Below, in pieces: positions 1 to 10,917 of a DNA stretch of 64,000 bases (within the stretch, counting starts at the first letter, position 1; the number at the start of each line of letters is the position of its first letter). The translations under genes were made by a program, and so were the position numbers. Source of the stretch: Macrostomum hystrix (lineage: Eukaryota; Animalia; Platyhelminthes); the NCBI GenBank assembly GCA_950097015.1, contig CATNEN010000039.1, positions 20,832,001-20,896,000 on the forward strand, read 5' to 3'. The notes under the pieces were generated by a model. That model worked only from the letters and a program-made list of their open reading frames with translations, was not told the DNA's origin and ran no database searches.

Positions 1-1315
1 TCAGCAGCAGAGCCAGTGTGATTACAAATCGAGCATTCTCCGGACCCGAAGTCAAGTTGATGTATGAGTTTGAGAACTGCCGCCGAATGAGGCTGAGATT
101 GTTCCTGACGGTAACCAGCTGGCCCTGCAGCTCGATCAGCTGCGATTCAATCGACTCAACCAAGAACTCCGTTGAGTTCAGCTCTCGATCAAAGACGCTG
201 CTAATGTTGGCGTTCATTTCTTCACCAACGCGCAGCTTCTGCTGGCGAATCTCCAGCTGACGCGCTGGGGTGTTTCCGCTGCCGTCCAGAGCTCCGACGA
301 GCTGGTAGACTAGCTTCGTGATGTTCTTAGCATGCGCTTCCACACTGCTTGATTGGCCTTCATCGGCGGATGATGTCGAATTGGCCGTCGTCCAGTCATC
401 CGTGATTGACCGCACCGCAAGGACCAGCTTCAATGCGGCCTGACTGTGGCTTGAGCACAAATTGTCACTACCATTGTAGTACCTGCGACACGTTTCCTCA
501 TAGGCAAAGAATTGCACATTTCTGAGATCGCTCAAAGCTGACTGCAGAATCTCCAGTGTCGAGCTGAGGTTTTTGCCGGAGTAGTAGAAGTCGCTCATTC
601 GTCGCAACAGCTCATCGGAGACAACCAGCAGCTGTGCTGCTCCAGTAGTTTGCTTGAAGCCGGCCTCGTACTCTGCCTGGGCGCGTGACTTCAGCCGGTC
701 TGTGAGCCTCTGTGCCTCCTGCACCACTGGCGCCGCCTCAGAACGAATCTGATTGTTCAGGCCGGCTAGGAATGCGTCAACTTTTCCCAGCAGGAGGTCG
801 ACACCCTGCGACAGACTGTTGCCATTCGACTCGGACGGGCTGGTTGCTAGGCTGTGATGAATGCGAAAGTTCGCCGCCGAAGCTAGGATCATCGCCATTA
901 GGGTGGCAATGAGCAGAAGCAGGCACAGCACTGCCAGGCCGCAGGAGACCGACTTGGCGTGGCCAGATTCTCGCACGTGCCGACGCCGCAGCGCCGAGAT
1001 GGAGGCGTAGGAGCCGGGGTTGCTGCGGCTCACGCGATCCCTTCTGACGGTACGCCAGGCGCAGCCAAACAGGCACAAACCAAACAGCACCAGGACCAGG
1101 GCGCTCAGGCCTGCCAGTACTAGCATGGCAACGCTGCTGCCAGCGAAGATGCGGCCTGGTAGGGCGTTCAGCAGGGCGTCTCTGGCGGCCGCTGTGCCAT
1201 TGTTCAGCAGCGTCTGTAGCAGGCGTCGCTCGCCTAGCAATCGGAAGAAGCCGCCGTCGAATGGTCGGCCGCTGTTCATCAAAGCCTTGGCTGCTGTGTG
1301 GATGGCGAGCTCCAT
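1..1315 (-). CDS. Prominin-like multipass membrane glycoprotein (partial, continues off the left edge)
   Basis: Hand translation of the minus strand from ATG 1315 is stop-free to position 2 (~438 codons): MELAIHTAAK...TM1 (SVAMLVLAGLSALVLVLFGLCLFGCAW), short basic loop, TM2 (CGLAVLCLLLLIATLMAMILASAA), ~280-aa helical loop with many NxS/T sites, then a third hydrophobic segment starting (FVITLALLL). A CAG acceptor lies at 1322-1324. The topology fits prominin (tweety is less likely). Confidence 0.7.
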   Translation of the reverse strand, partial: MELAIHTAAKALMNSGRPFDGGFFRLLGERRLLQTLLNNGTAAARDALLNALPGRIFAGSSVAMLVLAGLSALVLVLFGLCLFGCAWRTVRRDRVSRSNPGSYASISALRRRHVRESGHAKSVSCGLAVLCLLLLIATLMAMILASAANFRIHHSLATSPSESNGNSLSQGVDLLLGKVDAFLAGLNNQIRSEAAPVVQEAQRLTDRLKSRAQAEYEAGFKQTTGAAQLLVVSDELLRRMSDFYYSGKNLSSTLEILQSALSDLRNVQFFAYEETCRRYYNGSDNLCSSHSQAALKLVLAVRSITDDWTTANSTSSADEGQSSSVEAHAKNITKLVYQLVGALDGSGNTPARQLEIRQQKLRVGEEMNANISSVFDRELNSTEFLVESIESQLIELQGQLVTVRNNLSLIRRQFSNSYINLTSGPENARFVITLALLL

Positions 1316-2624
1316 CTTTCCCTGTCAGTGCGTCTCTCTCAGAGCAAGTCTACCACACTTTGATGAGTCTTGGATATTACGAGTACTTACGGCAGAACTC
1401 GTCTCTGTTGTTTTAGCTCGGGTACAGCTCACTCAAAAGAACTATGCTGATGCTGTAGCCTATGCTGAGCACTTGGAAAACCTTAAAATATATTTCAGTA
1501 CGAATATAAGCTCTCCATATTTAGTCGCCAGCATAGCACAGGGTCGCAGGGGGATCAAACCCACGCGAGACAGAGAAAAATAGACGAAGTGGAAAGAGAG
1601 GAAAGGAGAAATCTGATAGGAATTCTGCATTGGTGCATTCGTATTGTGCGATGAGGGTGGGTCTAGCACAGAATAGGCCAACGGGGCGGGTGCTTTGCAC
1701 ATTTATACTCAATGGAGAGAAGTCCTGTGCACAATGACACGCCTAGCTCGTTATTAGTCAGACCAGGCCATTAGACAGACTCATCACGTGAGCCTTCCAA
1801 ACACAGAGTCGCTCCAAACCACACCACAGAACACCATTGCGCTCCTATAACTTCTCAAGCTTGCGTAGCTGTTGACTCAATTGTCTAGCAGGTAATAAGA
1901 TTGAGTCGGGTGGTTCAGATCGCCAACGAGCGTCCTAAAGGCGTTCGTTGCACCGAATCACTGTTTTCTTACAAACCCACGCACACAGTGATTAACTGTA
2001 CAGCCAAATATGCATACGTTTAGGCAGCCTTTGTAACCAAAATGTGGTCGAATATTTTTTATTATGAGCCACTCGAGACATACGAATGTCACTGAGTGAA
2101 TAACCAGTCAAAGAACGACAATTCAATTTTTAAGTTGGTCAAACATACTCGTACGATATTAACTGTAACTATGTAATGCGGGTCAGCTTAAAAGTGCGTC
2201 ATGACTTACGAATGAAAATTTATTTGCTACATTTTCTTGTTTACAAAAAGCTTTACTAAAAATCAAGTGTAAAATCTTAAAAAAATATTTTCGACCAGCG
2301 CTTTGAATCCTATCTGAATAAAATGATTATTTGAACATCCGGTTTTGTTAGTTTCACACAAAGGCCAGATTAAACAATCACTTGGTCACGCATATTCGAC
2401 GAGATCTGGCAATATCCGGTTGGTTTTAATTTGACACCACTGAATTGTTGCTGTGTATGTATAAGTAGGAACCTTTTGAGTGACCCAAGTTGACAAATCG
2501 TTTCCACGACCTGACGACACTTCGCTTACCAGGTGGAATTTTTCAATCAGCAATTCTTAACTGGTGAGTTGCCGTCTGAAATTGCAGTTGCAAACTGATA
2601 TCTGATATCTGTGATAACTAAGAG

Positions 2625-3150
2625 GCGGCTCTGAGAACTGTACCAATTAAGACGCGGCTCTGAGAACTGTACCAATTTTAAGACGCAGCTCTGAGAACGG
2701 TACCAATTAAGACGTAGCTCTGAGAACTGTACCAATTTTAAGACGCAGCTCTGAGAACGGTACCAATTAAGACGTAGCTCTGAGAACGGTACCAATTAAG
2801 ACGTAGCTCTGAGAACTGTGCCAATTTTAAGACGCAGCTCTGAGAACGGTACCAAATAAGATGCAGCTCTGAGAACGGTACCAATTAAGACGCGGCTCTG
2901 AGAACTGTACCAATTAGGACGCGGCTCTGAGAACTGTACCAATTAGGACGCGGCTCTGAGAACTGTACCAATTAGGACGCGGCTCTGAGAACTGTAGCAA
3001 TTAAGACACGGCTCTGAGAACGGTCACAATCAAGACACAGCTTTGAGAACAGTAACCCATTAAAGAACTGCAGAGCTGAGATCAGTGCCAATTAAGACAC
3101 GACTCTGAGAACGGTACTGATTAGGACATAGTTCTGAGAACAGTGCCTGA
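2625..3150. repeat. Minisatellite, 29/31-bp unit GCTCTGAGAACTGTACCAATTAAGACGCG
   Basis: Directly visible tandem units that degenerate towards 3150. Confidence 0.95.
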
Positions 3151-3264
3151 GACATGGCTCTCATGTCTCATACGCTTGGAATTTCTTTATTATCCAGCAC
3201 AAACCTATGTTTAATAATAAGTCTCAACGCTGTTTTGAACCCGCAGCAACGCAGGTAAATTTTG

Positions 3265-5626
3265 ATGAGAATGTTGATAGGCCAGACAGTCATCCTACTG
3301 CAGCTTCTGCTGTGGCCGCTCTGCCTGACGCCGGGCGCTCGAGGCAGCATCCCAGACAACTGGATCGAGTACACGCCAGGTACCTGCAATGTGATAATCT
3401 CCTCACCGCACGGCGGTTCAATTCAAGCGTCCGAGATCCCGCTGGATCGAACCAACGGCTGCCTGGACGGAGCCGACTGTCGCTGGGAGAAGGGCTGCAG
3501 CCCAGTCGATGACAGCCAGTGCAGGGCTAGCACAGCAAAGGATTCCTACACCCAGGAGGCCAGTAGTAGAAGTAGAACAGGAGTAGAAGGACAGGATGCT
3601 ACGTTTCTTAGAACATGCTTAGAGAGGCTGATTTTCACTTTTCTGCAAAAATTTAGTGACTGTGTTTGATTTGAGGCGGTTTCAAGGGCAAATCTTTCGA
3701 TATTAGTTTTCTTACTTATAGCTTCATTAATTCCTGTCAAGCTTTTATTTGTGAAAACATCAATATCTTATTCCTTCTTTACTTTTCTCAACAAGCCCTC
3801 CCCGGCATGTACCTAAAAATACTGAAACAACAAAACCACTCAGAAAACTAGCTTTTGTTGTCTAGCTAGTTTCTGATCAGCGATAAAGCTAATTTATTAC
3901 GTTGTTACTACGATTACTACTCGCAGCTGATAGTAAGTAGTTTAGCCTCCTAAACTAGTTTTCCGTCCTTCGATTCCTATTGGTCCTTCGAGCTGAATTA
4001 AAGAAGCAAGCCAAAAACCCTTGCACTACAAATTGGACCAAACAGATCGCATCCCAGGTGGCGCAGATCCTGACCGCCAACTACGGCTGCAAGCCGCACT
4101 TTGTTCGTTCCAATTTGCACCGTTGCAAGCTAGACCCGAATCGGGAGTCAGCCGAAGCGGCCCAAGGCGACGCTGCGGCTCTGGAGGCCTGGCTACTGTA
4201 CCACGAGCAGTACATGTCGACCGCCGTGGCCTCGGTTCGATCCCAGTTCGGCAAAGGTTTAGTCTTCGATATTCACGGTCAGGGTCATCCTGAGCAATGG
4301 ACTGAGTTGGGCTACCAGTGAGTAAACTTTTAATTTGCTGTTTGAAATTCGTTATCGAGTGTGTGTGTGGTAGCCCTTAGTGAGGTGAGCCCTGGTCAGT
4401 CCCGGATTGAATCCGGTTCAGGAGCGCTTCAATGAACCGGATGACGTCGGTTGGACGAGCCCAGAGGTTGCGGATGATGTAGGACGTTGGCCTCGTCGGG
4501 CAGTCGAAGAGCTGGTAAACGGACTCGCCTGTCTCACCACAGGCAGAGCACAAGGCAGGAACGTTTGGGTCGAGGTTGTGCCGATACCTCGCGAGGAGTC
4601 GGCATTGGCCGGACCGGAGCTTGCCAGCGAGAGTGGTGCGTCGCCAGCGATTGAGGATTTGTTCCGACAGATGGATAGCAGGCGGTGCAGTGCCGAGGAC
4701 GGGATTGGGAGATCGAAGCCGATACGACGAGATCGATGGCCAAGGAGCGCAGATCCTGGCGAATGTGGCGAGGCGAGGCCGGCGCGCCTCGTGCAGCAAG
4801 TGATTCGGGTGTACGGGAATCAGACTTTGCAGCTAGAATTGTCCGGAGAGTAGCTAATTGTTCTCCTTGACTGCCAGGATGGAGCATTCGTGGTGTAGGT
4901 GGTCGATTTGGGTGGAGCTGTGGCATCCATTGATCGACCACAACGCAGGATTTTGGGCACGTTGCAGGAGGCTCCAGCTCGTGTTGCTGGTAGGGATCAA
5001 CCTGCAGCAATTTGGCTGCGTTTTGGCGGCCAAGAGCTGCAGACCCAACCTCCCAAGGAAATGCGTGGCTCAGCCACTCACGGCACCTTAGAAAAGCGCA
5101 TCACTTTGACGTGTGTTCGCCTTCATTGGCACTTCTGTGTATCGACTGCTGCATCACAGGTCGTTCGTTCTTACTCGTAAATATAAAAAATCTATCTATA
5201 GCTTCCTGTTTAAAGAGAATGATTATCAGTTGGGATTTTATCCGCTCCAGGATTTCCAGCTACAGCTTGGATCTCTCGCCAAGCTCTTTGGCTGGCAGTA
5301 GCATCCGCGGCCTGTGGAATCGCAACGGCGCAACTGCGGAGGCCGCAGCCCAGCTCCTGACTGGCGACAAGAGCTTCGGCTATCAGCTGGAGAAGCGAGG
5401 CCACAAGGTGGTGCCAGGACCGACTTATAAGTCGCCGAATGGGGGCAACTATTTCAACGGTGGCTACATTGTCGGGCGCTACGGCTCGAAGGCCTCAGGC
5501 GACATCGACGCCATCCAGATAGAGATTTCCAGCGGGATTCGCTTCAACTCGACTAGACGCGACGGCTTCGTCGCTGATCTGGCCGAAGCTATCGACGAGT
5601 TCCGACGTGCCAGAGGTTACGTCTGA
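3265..5626 (+). CDS. Secreted N-formylglutamate amidohydrolase-like (Zn-exopeptidase fold) protein; exons ~3265-3558, 4046-4317, 5251-5626
   Basis: Signal-peptide-like N-terminus. Motifs IISSPHGG, DSYTQE, NLHRCKLDPNRE, DIHGQGH, ELGY, YFNGGYIV, DAIQIE. Exons 2 and 3 join in frame (CA|gtgagt ... ctccag|G). Confidence 0.8.
3557..3989. mobile_element. Degenerate MITE, same family as 5753-6174, filling most of intron 1
   Basis: Left end ..GGAGTAGAAGGACAGGATGCTACGTTTCTTAG and right end CTAGTTTTCCGTCCTTCGATTCCTATTGGTCCTT are inverted copies of each other and resemble the 5753-6174 termini. Confidence 0.65.
4358..5100 (-). mobile_element. 5'-truncated non-LTR retrotransposon (LINE) 3' end in intron 2
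   Basis: Frameshifted ORFs ending LRSGQCRLLARYRHNLDPNVPALCSACGETGESVYQLFDCP (Cys-rich tail found after LINE RT), followed by a (CA)n tail at ~4358-4370. Confidence 0.8.
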
Positions 5627-5752
5627 TGACTTCAGCGTCGTTGACCTCATTGACGTCATACTGGGTTGCGTCAACCGTGGTTTAGGGTTAAAAATGACAA
5701 AAGCTGTTCGTGTTTGAACTCTAAAAATAAAAAGGAGTTGGCTTCCTCTGAG

Positions 5753-6174
5753 CAATGACCACTTGGAGTAAGACAGGAAACTGCTTTTCTTATAAAATGT
5801 TTAGGAGGCAGGCTTTCGCAGAAAAATACGCTACGGGGAAAAGAAGCACTTCACTTTTCACTTTAGCTTTTTTAGCTGTAAAAATAGTTTGTTTCCGAGT
5901 GGTTCTGTTGTTTCAGGAGCTTAATGCATTTCTAGGCACAAGAAAGGGTTTTGCTAACAATTTAAAGCTAAAAAAAGTTTACCAAATAAAGCTTTCAAAA
6001 ATGGAGCTAATATCAAAATATAAGCCTTAGATACGCCTAAATTTAAACTGTCAATTGATTTCACGAAAAACGGGAAACTTTCCTATCTCCATAGTGTATT
6101 TTGTGGCTAAAAGCAGTAAGAAACTTCTTTGTAAGAAACGTAGTTTCCCGTCCTTTCTCTCCTAGTGGTCCTTG
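5753..6174. mobile_element. MITE with terminal inverted repeats and 8-bp target-site duplication (hAT/P-type)
   Basis: Left CAATGACCACTTGGAGTAAGACAGGAAACTGC vs reverse complement of right end CAAGGACCACTAGGAGAGAAAGGACGGGAAACTAC. Flanks are CCTCTGAG / GCTCTGAG. Confidence 0.8.
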
Positions 6175-6579
6175 GCTCTGAGCTTATTACTTGTGGATAG
6201 TAAAGTTCCTTGTCTGTTATCCCTGTCTCAGGAATCCTTAATTATAGAATATTTACTAGCTACCTACTAGGTTTGTAAGCTCGTAAAGTGACCGAGAAGT
6301 GAGATGACACAAGGCAAATAAGTTCCAACATTCAAGTTTTAAATGAAACGGCGATTCTTAACAAGAAAATTATATTGTACATTAGAGCGAGTTTATTTGC
6401 TTCAGCAGCCGTCTTTTTTTACAGACAAACAAAAATTTGAACAAAAAACGAAACATAGTTCTCGTATAGACTGTCAGAAAACTAAATATGATCTGTGGCA
6501 ACATGTAAGCAAGTTTAGCAAGACGAAACAACAGTCAGATACTTGTAGTTGATAGGTTTCTAAGAAAGTCTGCAGTCAG

Positions 6580-9500
6580 TTAGAATTCAATCTCGCGCAG
6601 CAGCTCGGCTTTGCTTTCGACAATGTCCTTGAGCCATTTCTCGCGGAATCGGGTCTCGCCGGGTCGGTGCACCAGGCGGTTGGTTTCGAAAACATAGAAC
6701 ACATCGACCAGATGATCCTGCGGAGGAATGCCAACAAGACTGTTGTTAGTGCTCAAATTTAGTTGGAGTCAAGAGTTAATATAGTTTTTAGCTGCTTGGT
6801 AAGGGTGGCAGAGCGGTCCAACGCGTTTGCCTCTCGCACCAAGGTCCCTGAGTTCGATTCCGCGGCGAGGCCACATTCATTTGGGGCGCAGCCGCGGAGA
6901 GAAGGCTTGGGGGCTTGTCGTGCAATTTACGCTCTTGAGGGGCCAACCTCCAAGGCACAGTGAGAATGTACACTGCCTGACGATGAGAAATTCCGGGCAG
7001 ATGTACACACCCGTGTGAGTGTGAATGTGTACAGTATTTATGTTCGTGTGTGCTCAGGAGTTAGCGAAATGGGCAGAATTGCCTCCTCGCTGGCTGCGGG
7101 TCTAGTGTCACTAAATGGTGTGCCATTGCCCGCAGCCCTCCTGCAATTATTATTGTTATTATTATTATAATTATTATTATAACGAGCGCAGCAGTTTGGT
7201 ACACGAAATAATCTCACCCTGCACTTTTGTTACTTTTAAAGGGAGGTTGTAGCTTAGTGGTTAGGGCGTCTGACTCACGACTTGAAGGTCGGGGGTTCGA
7301 TTCCCGTCTCCACTGGAACAATTTGTATCCTTTAGCAAGACACTTAACTCTGCATTGCTTCAGTTCACCCAGCTGTTAAATGGGTACCAGCATTAGCTGG
7401 GATAATTGAAGGTGGGTGTGGCGTCCCCCCAGTCCATGGACTGAACAGCCGTACGCAGCCTTCAGATGCGCCGCGCATTAGCTGCGGCTGTGCTGTCGGC
7501 TGCACATCTGGCCCAATTGGGGCAGGTGTAATCAATTATTATTATTATTATTAATTAATTAAAGTGAAGGGCAGCAAGGTAAAACCTATATATTTGACCT
7601 GAATATTTTAAAGTACAAAAACTGACTATTGGTTTAACCTCATTCTTTGAGCTTTAATATCCTGTTGTCCTGCTGAACCAGATGGAGCAGGTGCATGCAA
7701 TAAAACACATTTTTACATTTAACTGACAGATCTGTTAGCAATTTTTCTGTAACTCTGTAAGACTCTTTCTTGGACTTTCATTCAAGTCCAAAACTGAACC
7801 AACGACTCAAATCTACGAAAATCTAGAAAAACCTACAAAATTTTCAACTACCACTTTAATCCCTAACAAAGAGTCTCCACTCAAATCCCTAACAAAGAGT
7901 CTCTACTCAAATCCCTAACAAAGAGTCTCCACTCAAATCCCCAACAAAGAGTCTCCACTCAAATCCCTAACAAAGAGTCTCTACTCAAATCCCTAACAAA
8001 GAGTCTCCACTCAAATCCCCAACAAAGAGTGTCCACTCAAATCCCTAACAAAGAGTATCCACTCAAATCCCTAACAGAGAGTCTCTACTCAAATCCCTAA
8101 CAAAGAGTCTCCACTCAAATCCCCAACAAAGAGTCTCCACTCAAATCCCTAACAAAGAGTCTCTACTCAAATCCCTAACAAAGAGTCTCCACTCAAATCC
8201 CCAACAAAGAGTCTCCACTCAAATCCCTAACAAAGAGTCTCCACTCAAATCCCTAACAAAGAGTCTCTACTCAAATCCCTAACAAAGAGTCTCTACTCAA
8301 ATCCCCAACAAAGAGTCTCCACTCAAATCCCTAACAAAGAGTCTCCGCTCAAATCCCTAACAAAGAGTCTCCACTCAAATCCCTAACAAAGAGTCTCCAC
8401 TCAAATCCCTAACAAAGAGTCTCTACTCAAATCCCTAACAAAGAGTCTCCACTCAAATCCCCAACAATGAGTCTCCACTTAAATCCCCAACAAAGAGTCT
8501 CCACTCAAATCCCCAACAATGAGTCCCCAACAAAGAGTATCCACTCGAATCCCCAACAAAGACTCTACACTCAAATCCCCAACAATGAGTCCCCAACAAA
8601 GAGTATCCACTCGAATCCCCAACAAAGACTCTACACTCAAATCCTAATAAAGTCGACTCAACCTTACCGCCGGCTTTATTTTCGACACGGAGAAGGTGAA
8701 ATAAACGGCCGCTGTGGCTCTGGGCACAGGCTTCCTTCTGGTCGGCACACTCCAGCGCACTCGGAACCTGTGCCTGTTGTCAAACTCAGCCGCGTCCTCG
8801 CCCAAATAGTCGATGCAGTACAGCCAGCTGGCATCGTAATCCCAAGTCTCCTGTAGTTGGGAAATTTAGTATCGGTAATAATTGACTCTAGGACAAGGGT
8901 TCGAACTCCGGCTCGCGGGCCAGATGCGGCCCTCGAAGCTCTCTAATCCGGCACGTTACCCCTTTCAAAATATATTGTATCCTGTCTCATCTCTCCTGTG
9001 TCTCATCTGAAACAACACAATGTCTCTGTTGTCTCATCTCTCATCTCTCCCGTGTCTCATCTTTCCCTGTTTCATCTCTTCCCTGTCTCGTCTCTCCCCT
9101 GTCTCACCTCTCCCCTGTTTTATCTCTCTCCTGTGTCTCATCTCTCCCGTGCCTCATCTCTCCCGTGTCTTATCACTCCAGCGCCTTATCTGCCCCCTGT
9201 CTTATCTCCTCCCTGTCTCATCTCTCCCCTGTCTCATCTCTCCTGAGTCTAATCCCTCCAGTGTCTCACCTCACCCCTGTCTCATGTCTCTTCTGTGTCT
9301 CATCTCTCCCCTGTCTCATCTCTCCCCTGTCTCATCTCTCCCCTGTCTCATCTCTCCCGTGACTCATCTCTCCCCTGTCTCATCTCTCCCCTGTCTCATC
9401 TCTCCCTTCTGACTTATCTCTCCTGTGTCTCATCTCTCCCCTGTCTCACCTCTTCGCTGTCTCATATTCCTACAGTTTATGCGACCCGCTGTTGTCTTTG

Positions 9501-9849
9501 AGGTTCTCTCCATGGCCCGCAAGCTGATAAGTTTGCCGACCCCTGCTCCAGGACATGCCACTCGGGCAGGACTCACCCGAATGAACTGATCGATCTTGGC
9601 TTCGGCTCGGTCAACTGAAAACTCCCCGATGCGCAGCCAGTCAATGTTCGGCACCTGCTGCTCAGGAAATTGACTCAGATAGGTTCCGCCTCGTTTTTTG
9701 ATTGCCGAAGCCTCCCTTGAAAGTCCCGGCACCGTGGCCACGCCTTCAATAGCGAGGTCTCTGGCTTCGGCTAGTTGCTGAACAGCGAAGTCAATAGCCT
9801 GGTCGACCAGATAGTTGGCCTGGCCCATGTAGGCATCTTCGGCTTCCAT
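6580..9849 (-). CDS. AKAP14: A-kinase anchoring protein 14 (AKAP28 family); exons 9849-9577, 8850-8668, 6717-6580
   Basis: Spliced protein MEAEDAY..LVDQAIDFAVQQL..NIDWLRIGEFS..|ETWDYDASWLYCIDYLG..RVRWSVPTRRKPVPRATAAVYFTF..|DHLVDVFYVFETNRLVHRPGETRFREKWLKDIVESK. All junctions are GT-AG, phase 0. Confidence 0.92.
6797..7180 (+). mobile_element. tRNA-derived SINE, family A
   Basis: A box (TGGCAGAGCGG), B box (GTTCGATTCC), body shared with copies at 20.6, 44.4 and 55.7 kb, and an (ATT)n tail. Confidence 0.9.
7241..7556 (+). mobile_element. tRNA-derived CORE-type SINE, family B
   Basis: tRNA head (TAGCTTAGTGG..GGTTCGATTCC), CORE-like block TCCTTTAGCAAGACACTTAACTCTGCATTGCTTCAGTTCACCCAGCTGTTAAATGGG, (ATT)n tail. 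Near-identical copies at 49.5 and 57.5 kb. Confidence 0.9.
7857..8645. repeat. Minisatellite, 26-bp unit CCCTAACAAAGAGTCTCCACTCAAAT (AKAP14 intron 2)
   Basis: About 30 tandem units visible. Confidence 0.95.
8894..8955 (+). mobile_element. hAT (Charlie-like) terminal fragment
   Basis: CAAGGGTTCGAACTCCGGCTCGCGGGCCAGATGCGGCCC resembles Charlie-type hAT termini. No partner end seen. Confidence 0.5.
8980..9465. repeat. Minisatellite, ~16-bp unit TGTCTCATCTCTCCCC (AKAP14 intron 1)
   Basis: Tandem units; reverse complement of the 24.0-25.1 kb array. Confidence 0.9.
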
Positions 9850-10889
9850 TTTTCTAATTAAAATTAGCGCGCGCAAAGTGCACTACTGAAACGAAGGGAC
9901 AAGTAGTGCTGTGAGTTTTTTATATTAAAATATTTTTTCTAAATGTTTACTTTTCTGAGGAAGTCAAATTCTAACTAAATAAAAAATTCAAACGAGAAGT
10001 AGTTTTTTTGTAAGAAAACTTTCCTTTGTTATATTTGCGTTTTATTTTTGGTTAAAATAAAAAACGTTTTTTCTATAATATTCTTTTGAATAGCAGGAAG
10101 TTGATCTCTAACAATCTGCTAGTGGAGTGAGGAAGGCTTTTTAGTGCGATATTTAAACATGGGTAAGTCTCTCAGCATCAAATTAAATCACATAATGTGC
10201 TATTACAAAATATGTGTTACTGTAAATTTTGTACTTACAATCGTAAAAGTTAAAACAATAATCGAAATAACGAAAATACCGGCGACTGCGAACAGCGAAA
10301 CGCCTTCAGAAATTTTTTGAGTTTAAAAAAACCAACGATTCGATTATAACAAACGATAATCGCAGATAAACAAAACTTGCTCAATGATTTAGAGCAAAGC
10401 AGCAATTGTACTTTTGCTAATTTTGGGGAAGCCGGTTTTGTAGATGGAAACGAGAATCGTGTTTTAATACGTAGTTTTAAAACAAATTAACTTGGATTTG
10501 TTAAAAACACCTGATTGTTTCGATAAACACGGAGTTTCTGCGTCGTTAAAAATGGAAATATAGGAGCTGTGTAACGTGTGTAAAGCAAAAAAAACGAACC
10601 CGTCTGCTATGTAAAAAAGTATCACTCTGCTTAGGTTAATAACAAAAAAGATAGAAAAATTAAATAAACACGCTGCATAGAGATTGTTGTTAGTTTGAGA
10701 TTATCAATTAATCAATGGGTTCCGGCTTTAGGCAGCAGCATTAGTCAATGCGGTTATAATTCGATTGTGTTTTTGGTTTGACAACATCAATTATTGGATG
10801 GCAAGTGCACTTGGCCTTGGTGTCCTCTCCATAAGTCATTCATTTGGTGCAATTGTTACAGGGCTTGCAGTCCGCTATTGAAGCCATTC

Positions 10890-10917
10890 GTTGCTAGGGA
10901 CTCGGTTGCTAGGGGCG
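10890..10917. promoter_or_regulatory. Tandem RFX X-box-like sites upstream of AKAP14
   Basis: GTTGCTAGGGAC and GTTGCTAGGGGC, ~1 kb upstream of the ATG of a ciliary/flagellar gene. Confidence 0.5.

Noticed and set aside
1020-1583. 187-aa plus-strand ORF
   Set aside because: Antisense shadow of the prominin-like exon.
2625-3150. CRISPR-like ~30-bp repeats (also the 31-bp array at 50.5 kb)
   Set aside because: There are no unique spacers or cas genes; units are head-to-tail.
6797-7315. tRNA genes at 6.8 and 7.24 kb
   Set aside because: They are SINE heads continuing into repeated bodies and (ATT)n tails, with imperfect cloverleafs.
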